Assembly: GCA_964514975.1 (NCBI GenBank)
Contig: CAZESS010000003.1
Location: forward strand, 1-64,000
Length of the DNA: 64,000 nucleotides
Source: an uncultured Thermoplasmatales archaeon
GTDB lineage: Archaea > Thermoplasmatota > E2 > UBA202 > DSCA01
Direction: 5' to 3'
In this document: piece by piece, positions 36,291 through 46,408 of the stretch
Position numbering within the stretch: the stretch's first letter is position 1
Layout: every line of letters starts with the position of its first letter
Position numbers and translations under genes: made by a program
Notes under the pieces: model-generated
What the model was told of the DNA's origin: nothing
The model's input: the letters and a program-made list of their open reading frames with translations, nothing else
The model's database searches: none

Positions 36291-38720
36291 TTATCCCTGC
36301 CCGGTCCACGTGCCCGGCGAGGTGACGTAGACGAACACACCCATACCCTGCTCGACGGTGAAGCCCGGCGGCGGCGTCACACCCACCGTATACGATTCAA
36401 ACGTGCTGCTCGAGGCATTCCAGTAGGCGGCGATGCTACAATTTGGCACCGCAGACGCGAGCGAGTTCGCGTTCGTCGCATCGGCGTCGAACCACCCGAT
36501 GGTGTTCCAGCCCTGGTACAAGTCGACGGCGACGGCCGACAATGGAGCGCCGGTTACCGAAAACGACGATGACGCGTTCACATATACGAAGTAGCCGACG
36601 CCGTCCGCGATAGCGAAACCAGAGCCAGGTGTCACACCCACGACATAGGACTCAAACATCCCCGCCGAGGCGTTCCAGTAGGCCACAATCTCACAGTTCG
36701 GGATCGCCGCGCCAAGCGAGCTCGCGTTGAACCCATTGGCGACGGGCACCGTGAGAAGGTTCCAGCCGCTCTGCAGGGTCTTGCTGGCCGACACGGCATG
36801 GGTTGCACCCGATACGACCATCGAAAAATCCTGCGCTGGGTCGGCGGCCGGCTCCGGAACGTTGGCACCGATGACCCGTATCTGGTACTGCCCGGGAGCG
36901 GGATGCTGTATGAAAACGTTCTCTACGTTGTTGGCATGGTCTTCGGTTCCGCCCGGGGATGACCATCGTGAGGAGGTCAGATTGTGGTTTCCCCAGTAGA
37001 CGGTGTTGTTCGGCCCGATGACTTTGAGGGACAGGTCGTTTTTCAGGTGTTTGCTCGCCGAGGGCGCCCCCGGCACGTCCGTCCAGACGAGCGAGGCTTT
37101 CATGGGCTTGCTGCCGTTTGAGGTCAGATTCCATTCGACTGACTCGCCGGTGGACAGGCTGTGGTTTCCGTCCACGATGAAATCGCTCTCGTTCTGATAG
37201 ATGGCCTGCACGTCGGGGTATCCCCAGCCCTGCTGGTAGCGTGTCGCCTGGCTGAAAGGGTACTGGTAGGCATGGTTGATGAGCAGCGCCTTCACCGTGG
37301 CTGCGTGCGGCATCGAGCCGTTGGGGTTGTTGCCATAGTGGTTGTCCCCGTAGAGCTGGTACACCAGACCGGCGGCTCCCGCAGCGACCGGTGTTGCGGC
37401 GCTCGTTCCTCCGAAGGAAGCATAGTAGTCGCCGTTTGTGTATCCGCCTGCCCCGACGATATCGGTCGTGTACACGTGGTCGTATGGCCCGGTGAGGTCG
37501 GGCTTGATGCGGCCGTCGGCAGCCGGTCCGTAGCAGGAGGCGCCGTTCCATTCGTCGTCGCCTCTGTCCTGGGTGTCGTAATGGTAGATTCCGCCGACGC
37601 TAATCACGTTTTTTGCCGCTGATAGCGTGGTGATGTAGTCGCCGTAGTCTCTGTTACCGGCGGCGTAGAACACGGTGGCATCCATGTCGTAGACGGCCTG
37701 GTCGCTTTGCTCGGACTCCGTTTCGTATTCACCGGTTTCGCTGAAAGTGTACCCCCATGAGTTGCTCTGGAAGACGCCGTTCCAGCTGTTGACCAGGTTT
37801 TGCACGGAGGCATAGATGGGAACGTTCCAGTCACAGAACACGCCCTGGGCGCCGGGCAGCATGCCCATTGCCTGCTGGTCGATGCCGCTGGCGAAGACGA
37901 TGCCGAAGGTGCTCGTTCCATGGGATTCCTGTGTAACGATCCCGTCCTCGGCGAGTATCTGTCCGGCGAACTCCGGGTGGCTGCTGTCGTAGCCGTTGTC
38001 TTTGACCTCTCCGACGATGCCAGTGCCGTTGTAACCCTCCAGGTGCAGCGCGCTGGCACCGGTGGTCACCCGTATGGTGTCCATCATCGAATATTTTTCC
38101 CGGGTTCGCTCCATGAAGGCAACCTGCGGGATGCGGGCCACCTCGGGAAGCAGAGCGGCGTCGACGGCTCCCGTGAGCATTGCTGCGTGTACGTCAACCG
38201 AATGTATTTGTCCGCCGAGGCGCTGCAGTGCGAGTGCTGCCTCGTTTATGGCGCCGGGCTGCTCAAATGTCTTCACGGTGATGTTGGTGGTACCGTGCGA
38301 TCCGGCGAGGTCGCCGGCATGTTTGTACCCGGGGTGATATGGCCCCGTCCATGTGATGAAGGGGAGCTGCTGTATGGCTGCCAGCGTTGCCGGGTCGATA
38401 TGTGCGACGTATGCATATTCGGGGATGTAGTCGACGGGGGTGGCTCCCGCCGTCTGGAGTGCCTGTATCTCGTCGGGGTGCACGGGTCCGTCGAGCTGGA
38501 TGATGAAATACTGGCTTTGGTCGGCTGTTATCATATCGGCCGGGTCTAGAGGCGGTGCCTCCTGACCGGGGACGAATGTGGCTGCCTTGAGGTACAGTGG
38601 ATGCCCCGCCGTGGTGTCTTCCTCCGGATATGGCGGCTGCACTGCGGCGGCCAGCGGGCCGATGGCCAGTATGAAGGCCAGTATGACGGTAAACGCGAGT
38701 GATGTGGCGGGTTTGTACAT
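36291..38720 (-). CDS. Secreted subtilisin-family (S8) serine protease with C-terminal beta domains
   Basis: Signal peptide and propeptide; catalytic triad motifs KDNG, HGT and GTSAATP; DGRIKPD; two C-terminal L..GWN...AYWN..S..FESY repeats. Confidence 0.92.
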   Translation of the reverse strand: MYKPATSLAFTVILAFILAIGPLAAAVQPPYPEEDTTAGHPLYLKAATFVPGQEAPPLDPADMITADQSQYFIIQLDGPVHPDEIQALQTAGATPVDYIPEYAYVAHIDPATLAAIQQLPFITWTGPYHPGYKHAGDLAGSHGTTNITVKTFEQPGAINEAALALQRLGGQIHSVDVHAAMLTGAVDAALLPEVARIPQVAFMERTREKYSMMDTIRVTTGASALHLEGYNGTGIVGEVKDNGYDSSHPEFAGQILAEDGIVTQESHGTSTFGIVFASGIDQQAMGMLPGAQGVFCDWNVPIYASVQNLVNSWNGVFQSNSWGYTFSETGEYETESEQSDQAVYDMDATVFYAAGNRDYGDYITTLSAAKNVISVGGIYHYDTQDRGDDEWNGASCYGPAADGRIKPDLTGPYDHVYTTDIVGAGGYTNGDYYASFGGTSAATPVAAGAAGLVYQLYGDNHYGNNPNGSMPHAATVKALLINHAYQYPFSQATRYQQGWGYPDVQAIYQNESDFIVDGNHSLSTGESVEWNLTSNGSKPMKASLVWTDVPGAPSASKHLKNDLSLKVIGPNNTVYWGNHNLTSSRWSSPGGTEDHANNVENVFIQHPAPGQYQIRVIGANVPEPAADPAQDFSMVVSGATHAVSASKTLQSGWNLLTVPVANGFNASSLGAAIPNCEIVAYWNASAGMFESYVVGVTPGSGFAIADGVGYFVYVNASSSFSVTGAPLSAVAVDLYQGWNTIGWFDADATNANSLASAVPNCSIAAYWNASSSTFESYTVGVTPPPGFTVEQGMGVFVYVTSPGTWTGQG

Positions 38721-38807
38721 ATGCTACCAACTCGCCGCCATATATAAAATTAACTATTGTTAATATGCCGGGGGTGCCAGCATGTATTACCAGTCCCAGG
38801 GGTATGA

Positions 38808-38826
38808 GAAAAAAAGAGAAGAGAGC
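38808..38826 (-). terminator. Pyrimidine-run terminator after fumarase beta
   Basis: Minus strand reads CTCTCTTCTCTTTTTT after the stop. Confidence 0.5.
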
Positions 38827-38831
38827 CCTCT

Positions 38832-39416
38832 TTACAGCTCCTCTTTCAGCTGCTCCAGGTTTTTTTGCACCCTGGCCGCGACGTCGGCATGGATGCTGTT
38901 TCCCGCGGAGTCCATGGTCACCAGGAACGGCCCTGCCTCGTTGACCCGGAACATCCAGAAGGCCTCGGGGATGCCCAGTTCGTCGAGGGAGTAGACATCC
39001 TCGACCTGTTCTATCGCGTTGGCCATCAGCGCGCCCGCGCCGCCGGTGTACTGCGCATACACCGCACCATGTTTTTGCAGCGCTTTGAGCGTCCGGTCGC
39101 CCATGCCGCCCTTGCCGATGATGATCTTTGTGCCGAAGCGCTCGATGAACTCGTCCTCGAATATCTCCATGCGAATGCTCGTCGTCGGACCTGCGGAGAC
39201 GACCTGCCATTCGCCGTCAACCTTGTGGATGGCCGGGCCGCAGTGGAACATCGCATATTTTGAGGGGTCGAAGGGCACCTCGCTGTCGTCGAGCCCGAGG
39301 AGTTTTTCGTGGGCTGCATCCCTCGCCGTAAAAATGATGCCGGTGATGTAGAAGGCGTCACCGACGCGGAGTCTCTTGACCGCTTCGGGGTCTATCGGCG
39401 TCTCGAGAGTCTTCAT
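38832..39416 (-). CDS. Fe-S fumarate hydratase class I, beta subunit
   Basis: TARDAAH, GPTTSIRM and IGKGG motifs. Confidence 0.88.
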   Translation of the reverse strand: MKTLETPIDPEAVKRLRVGDAFYITGIIFTARDAAHEKLLGLDDSEVPFDPSKYAMFHCGPAIHKVDGEWQVVSAGPTTSIRMEIFEDEFIERFGTKIIIGKGGMGDRTLKALQKHGAVYAQYTGGAGALMANAIEQVEDVYSLDELGIPEAFWMFRVNEAGPFLVTMDSAGNSIHADVAARVQKNLEQLKEEL

Positions 39417-40279
39417 TGTGTCACCTCCGCCTTTCCGTCGGGGTCAACGTGCACCGTGGTCTGCCGGTTGGCCCAGCACTGCGGGACGATGCCCACCGGG
39501 AATGATGCAGGATGGCGATGCGCATATTCTATTTTGACGTCCATGACGGTGGTGGCACCGCCGACGCCCATGGGGCCGACGCCGAGCCGGTTGATTTTTT
39601 CCAGCAGTTCTTCTTCCATCGCTGCTACCTGTTGCTCGGGATGTCGCTGGCCGACGGGGCGGAGCAGTGCCTTTTTGGCGAGTTCGAGAGCCAGGTCGGA
39701 GCCGCCGCCGAGGCCGATGCCGATGATGGTCGGGGGGCAGGCTTTGCCCTCCATGGCCGCGACGTGTTCGAGCACGATTTCTTTGACGCCTTTGATGCCC
39801 CGCCCGGGTGTCATCATGACGAGCTTGCTCATGTTTTCGCTGCCGCCGCCCTTTGGGATGACGTGGATGGTCGCCTCGTCGCCGTCGACGATATCCCAGT
39901 GGATGACAGGAACGTGGCGGCCGGTGTTGTCGTTGCTGTTTTCGTGGGTGATGGGATCGACTGCGTTGGGGCGGAGGGGCACTTCTTTGGTGGCTCGTCG
40001 GACCGCGCCGGTTATCGTGTTGCGGAGCTGGCCGAGCAGGGGGAAGTCGCTGCCCGCCTGGATGAAAAAGGTCGGGGTTCCGGTGTCCTGGCAGATTGGC
40101 CTGCTTTCCTCTCTGCCGACGTCGATGTTTTCGAGGATGGCGTTGAGCTGCACCCTGGATGCATCGCTTGTTTCGGTGTCGACCGCTGCCCTGAGCCGCT
40201 CCTGCGTTTCTGGGGTCACGCTGGTGACGGCCTGCTTGATGGCCGCAACAAGCTGGTTTTCGAGCGATGTGTTGCTCAT
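39413..40279 (-). CDS. Fe-S fumarate hydratase class I, alpha subunit
   Basis: PICQDTG, KGGGSEN, ACPP, HPAS and QCWA.R motifs; TATA at 40307-40315. Confidence 0.88.
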   Translation of the reverse strand: MSNTSLENQLVAAIKQAVTSVTPETQERLRAAVDTETSDASRVQLNAILENIDVGREESRPICQDTGTPTFFIQAGSDFPLLGQLRNTITGAVRRATKEVPLRPNAVDPITHENSNDNTGRHVPVIHWDIVDGDEATIHVIPKGGGSENMSKLVMMTPGRGIKGVKEIVLEHVAAMEGKACPPTIIGIGLGGGSDLALELAKKALLRPVGQRHPEQQVAAMEEELLEKINRLGVGPMGVGGATTVMDVKIEYAHRHPASFPVGIVPQCWANRQTTVHVDPDGKAEVTQ

Positions 40280-40373
40280 GCTATCAGCGCTGGAAGCCGG
40301 TATGGCCATATAAACATTTGGCCCTCGGCGTGGCTGGATGGCCGCAGCGTGAACGAGTCGCCGAAAAACGCAA

Positions 40374-40524
40374 TTTTTATATATCATTAAGATTTATATC
40401 GTAAAAAATAACAAAAAACCGGCAATATTTGGATATATTGTTAAATATATATTATTTTTTTAACCTTTTAATCAATTATCCCGCCGTTTGTATACGAACA
40501 CGTCACACGAATAGTATTTATATC
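40374..40524. promoter_or_regulatory. AT-rich divergent control region between the fumarase and hdrA operons
   Basis: Very AT-rich; shares AATAA.AAAAAAC.G..AATA...ATAT.TTGTTAAA with 33983-34022; TATA at ~40515-40523. Confidence 0.55.
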
Positions 40525-40574
40525 ACCTTTGACATGAGAGCAACACGTTTCCCAATCGCACCCGCATGAATACC

Positions 40575-43574
40575 ATGAAAAAAGATGTTTTAGTCATCGG
40601 CGGAGGGATCACCGGCGTGCAGACAGCGCTGGATTTGGCCGATAAAGGATACGAGGTTGTTATCGTCGACCGGAAGCCGTCCATCGGCGGCAACATGGTC
40701 AAGCTCGACAAAACGTTCCCCACCAACGACTGCTCCATCTGCATCTCGGCGCCCAAGATGGTGGAGACCAGCCGGCACGAAAACATCGACCTGCTCACCT
40801 ACTCCGAGGTCAAGGAGGTCAAGGGCAACGCCGGCGGCTTCGAGGTCACCATCTGGAAGCGCACGAAATACGTCGACCCCGGCGAGTGCACGGGATGTGG
40901 CGACTGCGAGGAGGCTTGTCCGGTCGAGGTGCCCAACGAGTTCGATGAATCGCTGTCCAGCCGGAAGGCCATCTACGTCGAATACCCGCAGTCCGTCCCG
41001 CTCACATACACCATTGACTACGAAAACTGCGTGGGCTGCGGCGCCTGCGAGCGCGTCTGCGACGCAGGGGCCATCCAGTTCCTCGAAAAATCAGAGGAAT
41101 ACCACATAGAAGTGGGCAGCATCGTCGTCGCAACGGGCTTCGAGATGATGGAGCCCGACGTCTGGCGGGAGGAATACGGCTACGGCGAATACGACGACGT
41201 GGTCACCGCGCTGGAATACGAGCGCCTGCTGTCTTCGTCGGGACCCACGGAGGGCACGGTCAGGAAGCCATCCGACGGTGAGGAACCCGAAAGCGTGGCA
41301 TGGATACAGTGCGTGGGCTCCCGCTGCAAGCAGAAGGGCATGCCGTATTGCTCCAGGGTGTGCTGCATGTACGCCACCAAGGAAGCATCGATTACCGTGG
41401 GGGACAACCCCGACATCGAGACATATATTCATTACATGGATTTGCGCGCGTATGGCAAGGACTTCCAGCAATACTACGACCAGGCGAAAAAGAAAGGCGT
41501 GACCTACCTACGGGGCCGGCCGTCCCGCGTGTACAAAACCGGGGAGAACAAGCTCGCCGTCGAGTACGAGGACACGGAGCGCGGCGAGGTGACCACCAAC
41601 GAGGTCGACATGGTCGTGCTCTCCGCAGCAATCGTTCCCGCCTCGGGCAACCGGCAGCTCGCCGACATTTTGGGCGTCGAACTCGACGAAAACGGCTTCT
41701 TCAAGTCACGGGACAGCCTGACGGCACCCATGGAGTCGACCCGCGATGGTATCTACCTGGCCGGCTGCTCACAGTCCCCCAAGGACATCCCGGACAGCGT
41801 CGCGCAGGGCAGCGGCGCCGCAGCCAGGGCGCTCATGCCCATCAGGAACCGTCCCCGGAAGGGCCGGCCGGAGAAGCCCGCAGAGCGCGACGTCTCCGGG
41901 GAGGAACCCCGCATCGGCGTGTTCGTCTGCCACTGCGGGAAAAACATCGCCAACTACCTGGATGTGCCGGGTGTGGCCGACGCGGTGAAAAACATGCCCA
42001 ACGTTGTCCACGTTGACGATACCATGTTCGCCTGCTCCGAGGACGCCCAGGCCAAAATAAAGGATGCCATCAAGGAGCATGGGCTCAACCGTATCGTGGT
42101 CGCGGCCTGCTCGCCGCGCACCCATGCCAACCTGTTCCAGGACACCATGGAAGAGATGGGGCTCAACCGCTACCTGTTCGAGATGGCCAACATCCGCAAC
42201 CAGTGCAGCTGGGTTCACAGCGACGATGCAGAGCGGGCGACCGAGAAAGCCAAGCTGCTCACCAAAATGGCCGTGGCGAAAGCGGCGCGGCTGGCAGCAT
42301 TGCAGGAACACGAGATAGACGTCGGCGACCACACGCTCGTTGTCGGCGGCGGCCCGGCGGGCATGCAGACCTCTTTGAGCCTGGCCCGGGCGGGGCAGCA
42401 TGTCACCCTGGTTGAACGCGAAGATGAGCTCGGCGGCAAGCTGCTCAGGCTTAACACGCTCTTCCCGACAGATATCAATGCGCGGGAGCTGGCCGAGCGG
42501 CTGGCACGCGACGTCATGGACGAGGAAAACATCACGGTTATGACCTCCGCCGAGATACAGGATGTGGAGGGCTACATCGGCAACTACGAGGTCTCCATCG
42601 ACGGCGAGATACATCATTTTGATACCATCGTCCTGGCCACGGGCTTCCAGGAAATCGACCCGGGCGAGTGGTACGGCTACGACGGCGAGCGGGTGATGAC
42701 GCAGCTCGAGCTCGACGAAGCGCTGGCCAGAGATGACCTGGAAGACCCTGAAACCGTTGTTTTCATCAACTGCGTCGGCGCCATGGAGGAGGAACGTCCC
42801 TGGTGCTGCCGGGTTGGCTGCGGCAACTCGCTGAAGAACGCCAAGGCCGTCAAGCAGCGCTACCCCGATGCAGACGTCTACATTTTGTACAAGGACCTGC
42901 GGGTCTTCGGCAAGGACGAGGAGGAATACTACATGGAGGTCGAGGGCGAAGACGGCGTTATCTTCCTTCGCTATTCCACCGATAACAAGCCCGTGGTGAC
43001 CCATGAGGACGGAAAGCTGCACGTTGCGGTGCATGACAACCTGCTGGACGACGACGTGGAAATCGATGCTAACTACGTCGTCCTGGCCATGCAGTTGCAG
43101 GGCGACAGCAGCGCTGCCAGGCTCAAAAAGATGCTGAAGGTCTCGGCTGACCCTGCCGGCTTTTTCATGGAAGCGCATGCCAAGCTCCGGCCGCTTGAGT
43201 TTCCATCTGAGGGCGTCTATCTGGCCGGCGGTGCTCATTACCCCAAGAACGTGGCGGACATGTTCGCGCAGGCGGACGGCGCTGCTTCGAAGGCGGCTAT
43301 CCCCATGATGCGGGGCTACGCGCGGAGCGAGGGCATCATCGCCGAGATAGACAGCGACGTCTGCTCGGGCTGCAAGATGTGCATCGCCGTCTGCCCCTAT
43401 GGCGCCATCGATTTCAACGAGGAGGACGGCGTCGCCGAGGTCACCGACGTGTTGTGCAAGGGCTGCGGCTCCTGCGCCTCGGTCTGCCCCGTCGGTGCTA
43501 TCACCCAGAAGGGCTACGAGGACGACCAGTTGACGGCGATGATAAAAACGGCGCTGCTCGAGGGGGTGGCCTGA
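40575..43574 (+). CDS. hdrA: Heterodisulfide reductase subunit A-like flavoprotein, large form with two FAD domains
   Basis: GGGITG, DKTFPTNDC, 2x[4Fe-4S], CVGSR..CSRVCC, PKDIP, internal RIGVFVCHCG, second GGGPAG domain and a C-terminal ferredoxin. Confidence 0.93.
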   Translation: MKKDVLVIGGGITGVQTALDLADKGYEVVIVDRKPSIGGNMVKLDKTFPTNDCSICISAPKMVETSRHENIDLLTYSEVKEVKGNAGGFEVTIWKRTKYVDPGECTGCGDCEEACPVEVPNEFDESLSSRKAIYVEYPQSVPLTYTIDYENCVGCGACERVCDAGAIQFLEKSEEYHIEVGSIVVATGFEMMEPDVWREEYGYGEYDDVVTALEYERLLSSSGPTEGTVRKPSDGEEPESVAWIQCVGSRCKQKGMPYCSRVCCMYATKEASITVGDNPDIETYIHYMDLRAYGKDFQQYYDQAKKKGVTYLRGRPSRVYKTGENKLAVEYEDTERGEVTTNEVDMVVLSAAIVPASGNRQLADILGVELDENGFFKSRDSLTAPMESTRDGIYLAGCSQSPKDIPDSVAQGSGAAARALMPIRNRPRKGRPEKPAERDVSGEEPRIGVFVCHCGKNIANYLDVPGVADAVKNMPNVVHVDDTMFACSEDAQAKIKDAIKEHGLNRIVVAACSPRTHANLFQDTMEEMGLNRYLFEMANIRNQCSWVHSDDAERATEKAKLLTKMAVAKAARLAALQEHEIDVGDHTLVVGGGPAGMQTSLSLARAGQHVTLVEREDELGGKLLRLNTLFPTDINARELAERLARDVMDEENITVMTSAEIQDVEGYIGNYEVSIDGEIHHFDTIVLATGFQEIDPGEWYGYDGERVMTQLELDEALARDDLEDPETVVFINCVGAMEEERPWCCRVGCGNSLKNAKAVKQRYPDADVYILYKDLRVFGKDEEEYYMEVEGEDGVIFLRYSTDNKPVVTHEDGKLHVAVHDNLLDDDVEIDANYVVLAMQLQGDSSAARLKKMLKVSADPAGFFMEAHAKLRPLEFPSEGVYLAGGAHYPKNVADMFAQADGAASKAAIPMMRGYARSEGIIAEIDSDVCSGCKMCIAVCPYGAIDFNEEDGVAEVTDVLCKGCGSCASVCPVGAITQKGYEDDQLTAMIKTALLEGVA

Positions 43575-43996
43575 TGGCGGATTTTGAGCCACGCATCATC
43601 GCGTTTCTGTGCAACTGGTGCAGCTATGCGGGCGCAGACCTGGCGGGCGTGAACCGGCAGCAGTATCCATCCAACATTTTGAATATCAAGGTTATGTGTT
43701 CGTCGCGGGTGTCCCCGGAGCACGTGTTTGAGGCGCTGCAGGACGGCGCCGACGGCGTGCTCATCGCTGGATGCCATCCCGGCGACTGTCATTACATCGA
43801 CGGCAACTACAAGACCGTCAGAAAGGTCGACCTGCTGCACCGGATGCTCGAGGACATGGGCATCAATCCGCGGCGGCTCCGCCTGGAATGGATTTCGTCG
43901 GCGGAGGGCGGCAAGTTTGCAGAGGTGATGCAGGCGATGACCGACGACATCCTGGAGCTGGGTCCGCTCGACCTTGAAGGGGAGGTGTCTGAATGA
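43574..43996 (+). CDS. mvhD: [2Fe-2S] adaptor subunit MvhD
   Basis: FLCNWCSYAGAD, MCSSRV and GCHPGDCHY motifs. Confidence 0.95.
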   Translation: MADFEPRIIAFLCNWCSYAGADLAGVNRQQYPSNILNIKVMCSSRVSPEHVFEALQDGADGVLIAGCHPGDCHYIDGNYKTVRKVDLLHRMLEDMGINPRRLRLEWISSAEGGKFAEVMQAMTDDILELGPLDLEGEVSE

Positions 43997-44958
43997 GCAA
44001 GGCGAAGATTGGGTTTTACTGGTGCGGTGCCTGCGGCGGTTGCGAAATCGCCGTGCTGGACATCGATGAGATGCTGCTCGACGTGGCCGAACAGGCGGAC
44101 ATCGTGTTCTGGCCATGCGCAATGGACCCAAAGTATGAGGACCTGAAGAAGATGGAGGACGACAGCATCGACTTCATGTTCATCAACGGCTCCGTCCGGA
44201 ACGAGGAAAACCGCGAGATGGTCCGGTTGCTGCGGCGCAAAGCCAAGAACATCGTGGCCTTCGGCTCCTGCAGCAGCATCGGCGGGCTCTTCGGGCTCGG
44301 CAACCTGTATACGAAGGAGCAATTGCTGGATACGGCCTATCATACCCGGTCGACCGACGGAGACGTGACGCCGCAAAAAGAAAGCCAGGTCGACGAGGGC
44401 ACGCTAGAGCTGCCCGATTTGCTGCATCACGTGGTCCGGCTGGACGAGGTCATCGACGTCGACTACTACATCCCCGGCTGCCCGCCATTGCCCAACCAGC
44501 TTGAGGAAGCCTTTCCGGCGCTGCTGGACGGCAGCGCAGAGAAATATGATTTTATCTCACGGAAAAGCGTCTGCGACGTATGCCCGCTGGAGCGGGAGGA
44601 GAAGCGCATCAAGCGGCTCCGGCCCATCCAGGAGGTCGAGCTGGACCCCGACCGATGCATCCTGGACCAGGGTGTACTCTGCATGGGCCCCGCGACGGCG
44701 GGCATGTGCGAGGCGGCCTGCCCCTCGGTCGGCTATCCCTGCATCGGCTGCAACGGCCCCGTCCGCGGTGTGAAGGACCAGGGAGCTCGGATGGCCTCCG
44801 CCCTTGCATCGGTCATCGGCATCGAGGGCGAGGGGCGCAAGACCGAGGAGGAAATCCGGGAGGCGATGGCGTCGGTGCTGGACCCCACGGGCGCGTTTTA
44901 CCGGTTTTCGCTGCCCAGCAGCATGCTTCGCTACCGGCGAGGTGATATAGATGACTGA
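43993..44958 (+). CDS. mvhG: [NiFe]-hydrogenase small subunit (group 3c)
   Basis: CGGC, GSC, PGCPP, CDVC, CMGP.T..MC...CP and CIGC motifs. Confidence 0.92.
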   Translation: MSKAKIGFYWCGACGGCEIAVLDIDEMLLDVAEQADIVFWPCAMDPKYEDLKKMEDDSIDFMFINGSVRNEENREMVRLLRRKAKNIVAFGSCSSIGGLFGLGNLYTKEQLLDTAYHTRSTDGDVTPQKESQVDEGTLELPDLLHHVVRLDEVIDVDYYIPGCPPLPNQLEEAFPALLDGSAEKYDFISRKSVCDVCPLEREEKRIKRLRPIQEVELDPDRCILDQGVLCMGPATAGMCEAACPSVGYPCIGCNGPVRGVKDQGARMASALASVIGIEGEGRKTEEEIREAMASVLDPTGAFYRFSLPSSMLRYRRGDIDD

Positions 44959-46408
44959 AAAAATAACGATTGACCCGATAACCAGACTGGAGGGCCACGG
45001 CAAAATCGAGATATTTCTCGACGACGACAGGGAGGTCGAAAACGCCTACCTGCAGGTCCCCGAGTTCAAGGGCTTCGAGCAGTTCTGCCGCGGCAGGCGA
45101 GCCGAGGACATGCCCACGATAACGAGCCGCATCTGCGGCGTCTGCCCCGTCGCTCACCATTTAGCATCCACCAAGGCGCTCGACGACGCCTTCAATGTCA
45201 CGCCGCCCGAGCCGGCCGTGAAGCTCCGGGAGTTGTTCTACAACGCCTACATCTACGCGGACCATCTCCTTCACTTTTACTACCTGGCCAGCCCGGATTT
45301 CATCGTTGGCGTGGACGCGCCGCGGGAGACCCGGAACATCCTGGGTGTCATCGAACAGGTCGGCCTGGACATCGGCAAAAAGGTCATCCGGCAGCGGGGC
45401 AACGGGCAGCGCATCATCAGGATGCTCGGCGGCAAAGCCGTGCATCCGTCGTTCGGCATCGCCGGCGGCGTGAGTAAATCATTGTCAGATGAGGAGCGCA
45501 CCGAGGTGGTCAAGCTGGCGGACGGCATGGTCGACTTCGCTTCGTTTACGCTCGACGTGTTCAAGGAGCAGGTGCTCGCCAACTACGAGGACGTCATCAC
45601 TGCAGATGCGCTGGAAACGTACAGCATGGGGCTCACCGAGGACGGCAACGTCAGCCACACCGGCGGCGTGGTCAACGTGGTCGACCCTGACGGCAGCGAC
45701 TTCGCGTCGTTCAGCGGCCTGGATTACATGGACGTCATCCGGGAGCACGTGGAACCGTGGAGCTACATGAAGTTCCCCTATCTAAAGGAGGTCGGCTGGC
45801 AGGGCTTCACCGACGGCCCGGACAGCGGCGTCTACCGCGTCGGTCCGCTCGGACGGCTCAACGCGGCCCGGGGCATGAAAACAGAGCTGGCACAACAGCA
45901 CTACGACGAGATGTACGAGACGCTCGGACGGCCGGTACATTCAACGCTGGCCTACCACTGGGCCCGCCTGATAGAGGTCATGCAGTCCGCGGAGCTCATC
46001 CGGCAGCTTGCACACGATGAAGCGCTGGAAAGCGACGACATCCGCGCCGAGGTCGGCGAGCCCGGCAACGGCGTCGGCATCGTCGAAGCCGCCCGGGGCA
46101 CCCTCATCCACGACTACGAGCTCAACGAAAAGGGGCTGATGGAAAACGTCAACCTCATCGTCGCGACGGTGCACAACGCCGCCCCGATATCGATGAGTGT
46201 CAGAGATGCTGCCCGGAAATACGTGGACGGCGGCGACGTCAAGCCCGGCATGCTGAACAGCGTCGAGCGGGCCTTCCGCGCCTACGACCCCTGCCTTGCC
46301 TGTGCAACGCACTCGCTCACCGGGGAGACACCGCTCAAAATCAACATCTATGACACAAATCACAGGAAGATACGGGAGGTCAGCCAGAACCTGGGAGGTA
46401 CACCATGA
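44951..46408 (+). CDS. mvhA: [NiFe]-hydrogenase large subunit (group 3c)
   Basis: TRLEGH, L1 RICGVC, EAARG.L.H and L2 YDPCLACATH followed by a C-terminal extension. Confidence 0.95.
   Translation: MTEKITIDPITRLEGHGKIEIFLDDDREVENAYLQVPEFKGFEQFCRGRRAEDMPTITSRICGVCPVAHHLASTKALDDAFNVTPPEPAVKLRELFYNAYIYADHLLHFYYLASPDFIVGVDAPRETRNILGVIEQVGLDIGKKVIRQRGNGQRIIRMLGGKAVHPSFGIAGGVSKSLSDEERTEVVKLADGMVDFASFTLDVFKEQVLANYEDVITADALETYSMGLTEDGNVSHTGGVVNVVDPDGSDFASFSGLDYMDVIREHVEPWSYMKFPYLKEVGWQGFTDGPDSGVYRVGPLGRLNAARGMKTELAQQHYDEMYETLGRPVHSTLAYHWARLIEVMQSAELIRQLAHDEALESDDIRAEVGEPGNGVGIVEAARGTLIHDYELNEKGLMENVNLIVATVHNAAPISMSVRDAARKYVDGGDVKPGMLNSVERAFRAYDPCLACATHSLTGETPLKINIYDTNHRKIREVSQNLGGTP

Noticed and set aside
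38832-40279. L-tartrate dehydratase TtdAB
   Set aside because: Same family as two-subunit fumarase; the TCA context favours fumarase.
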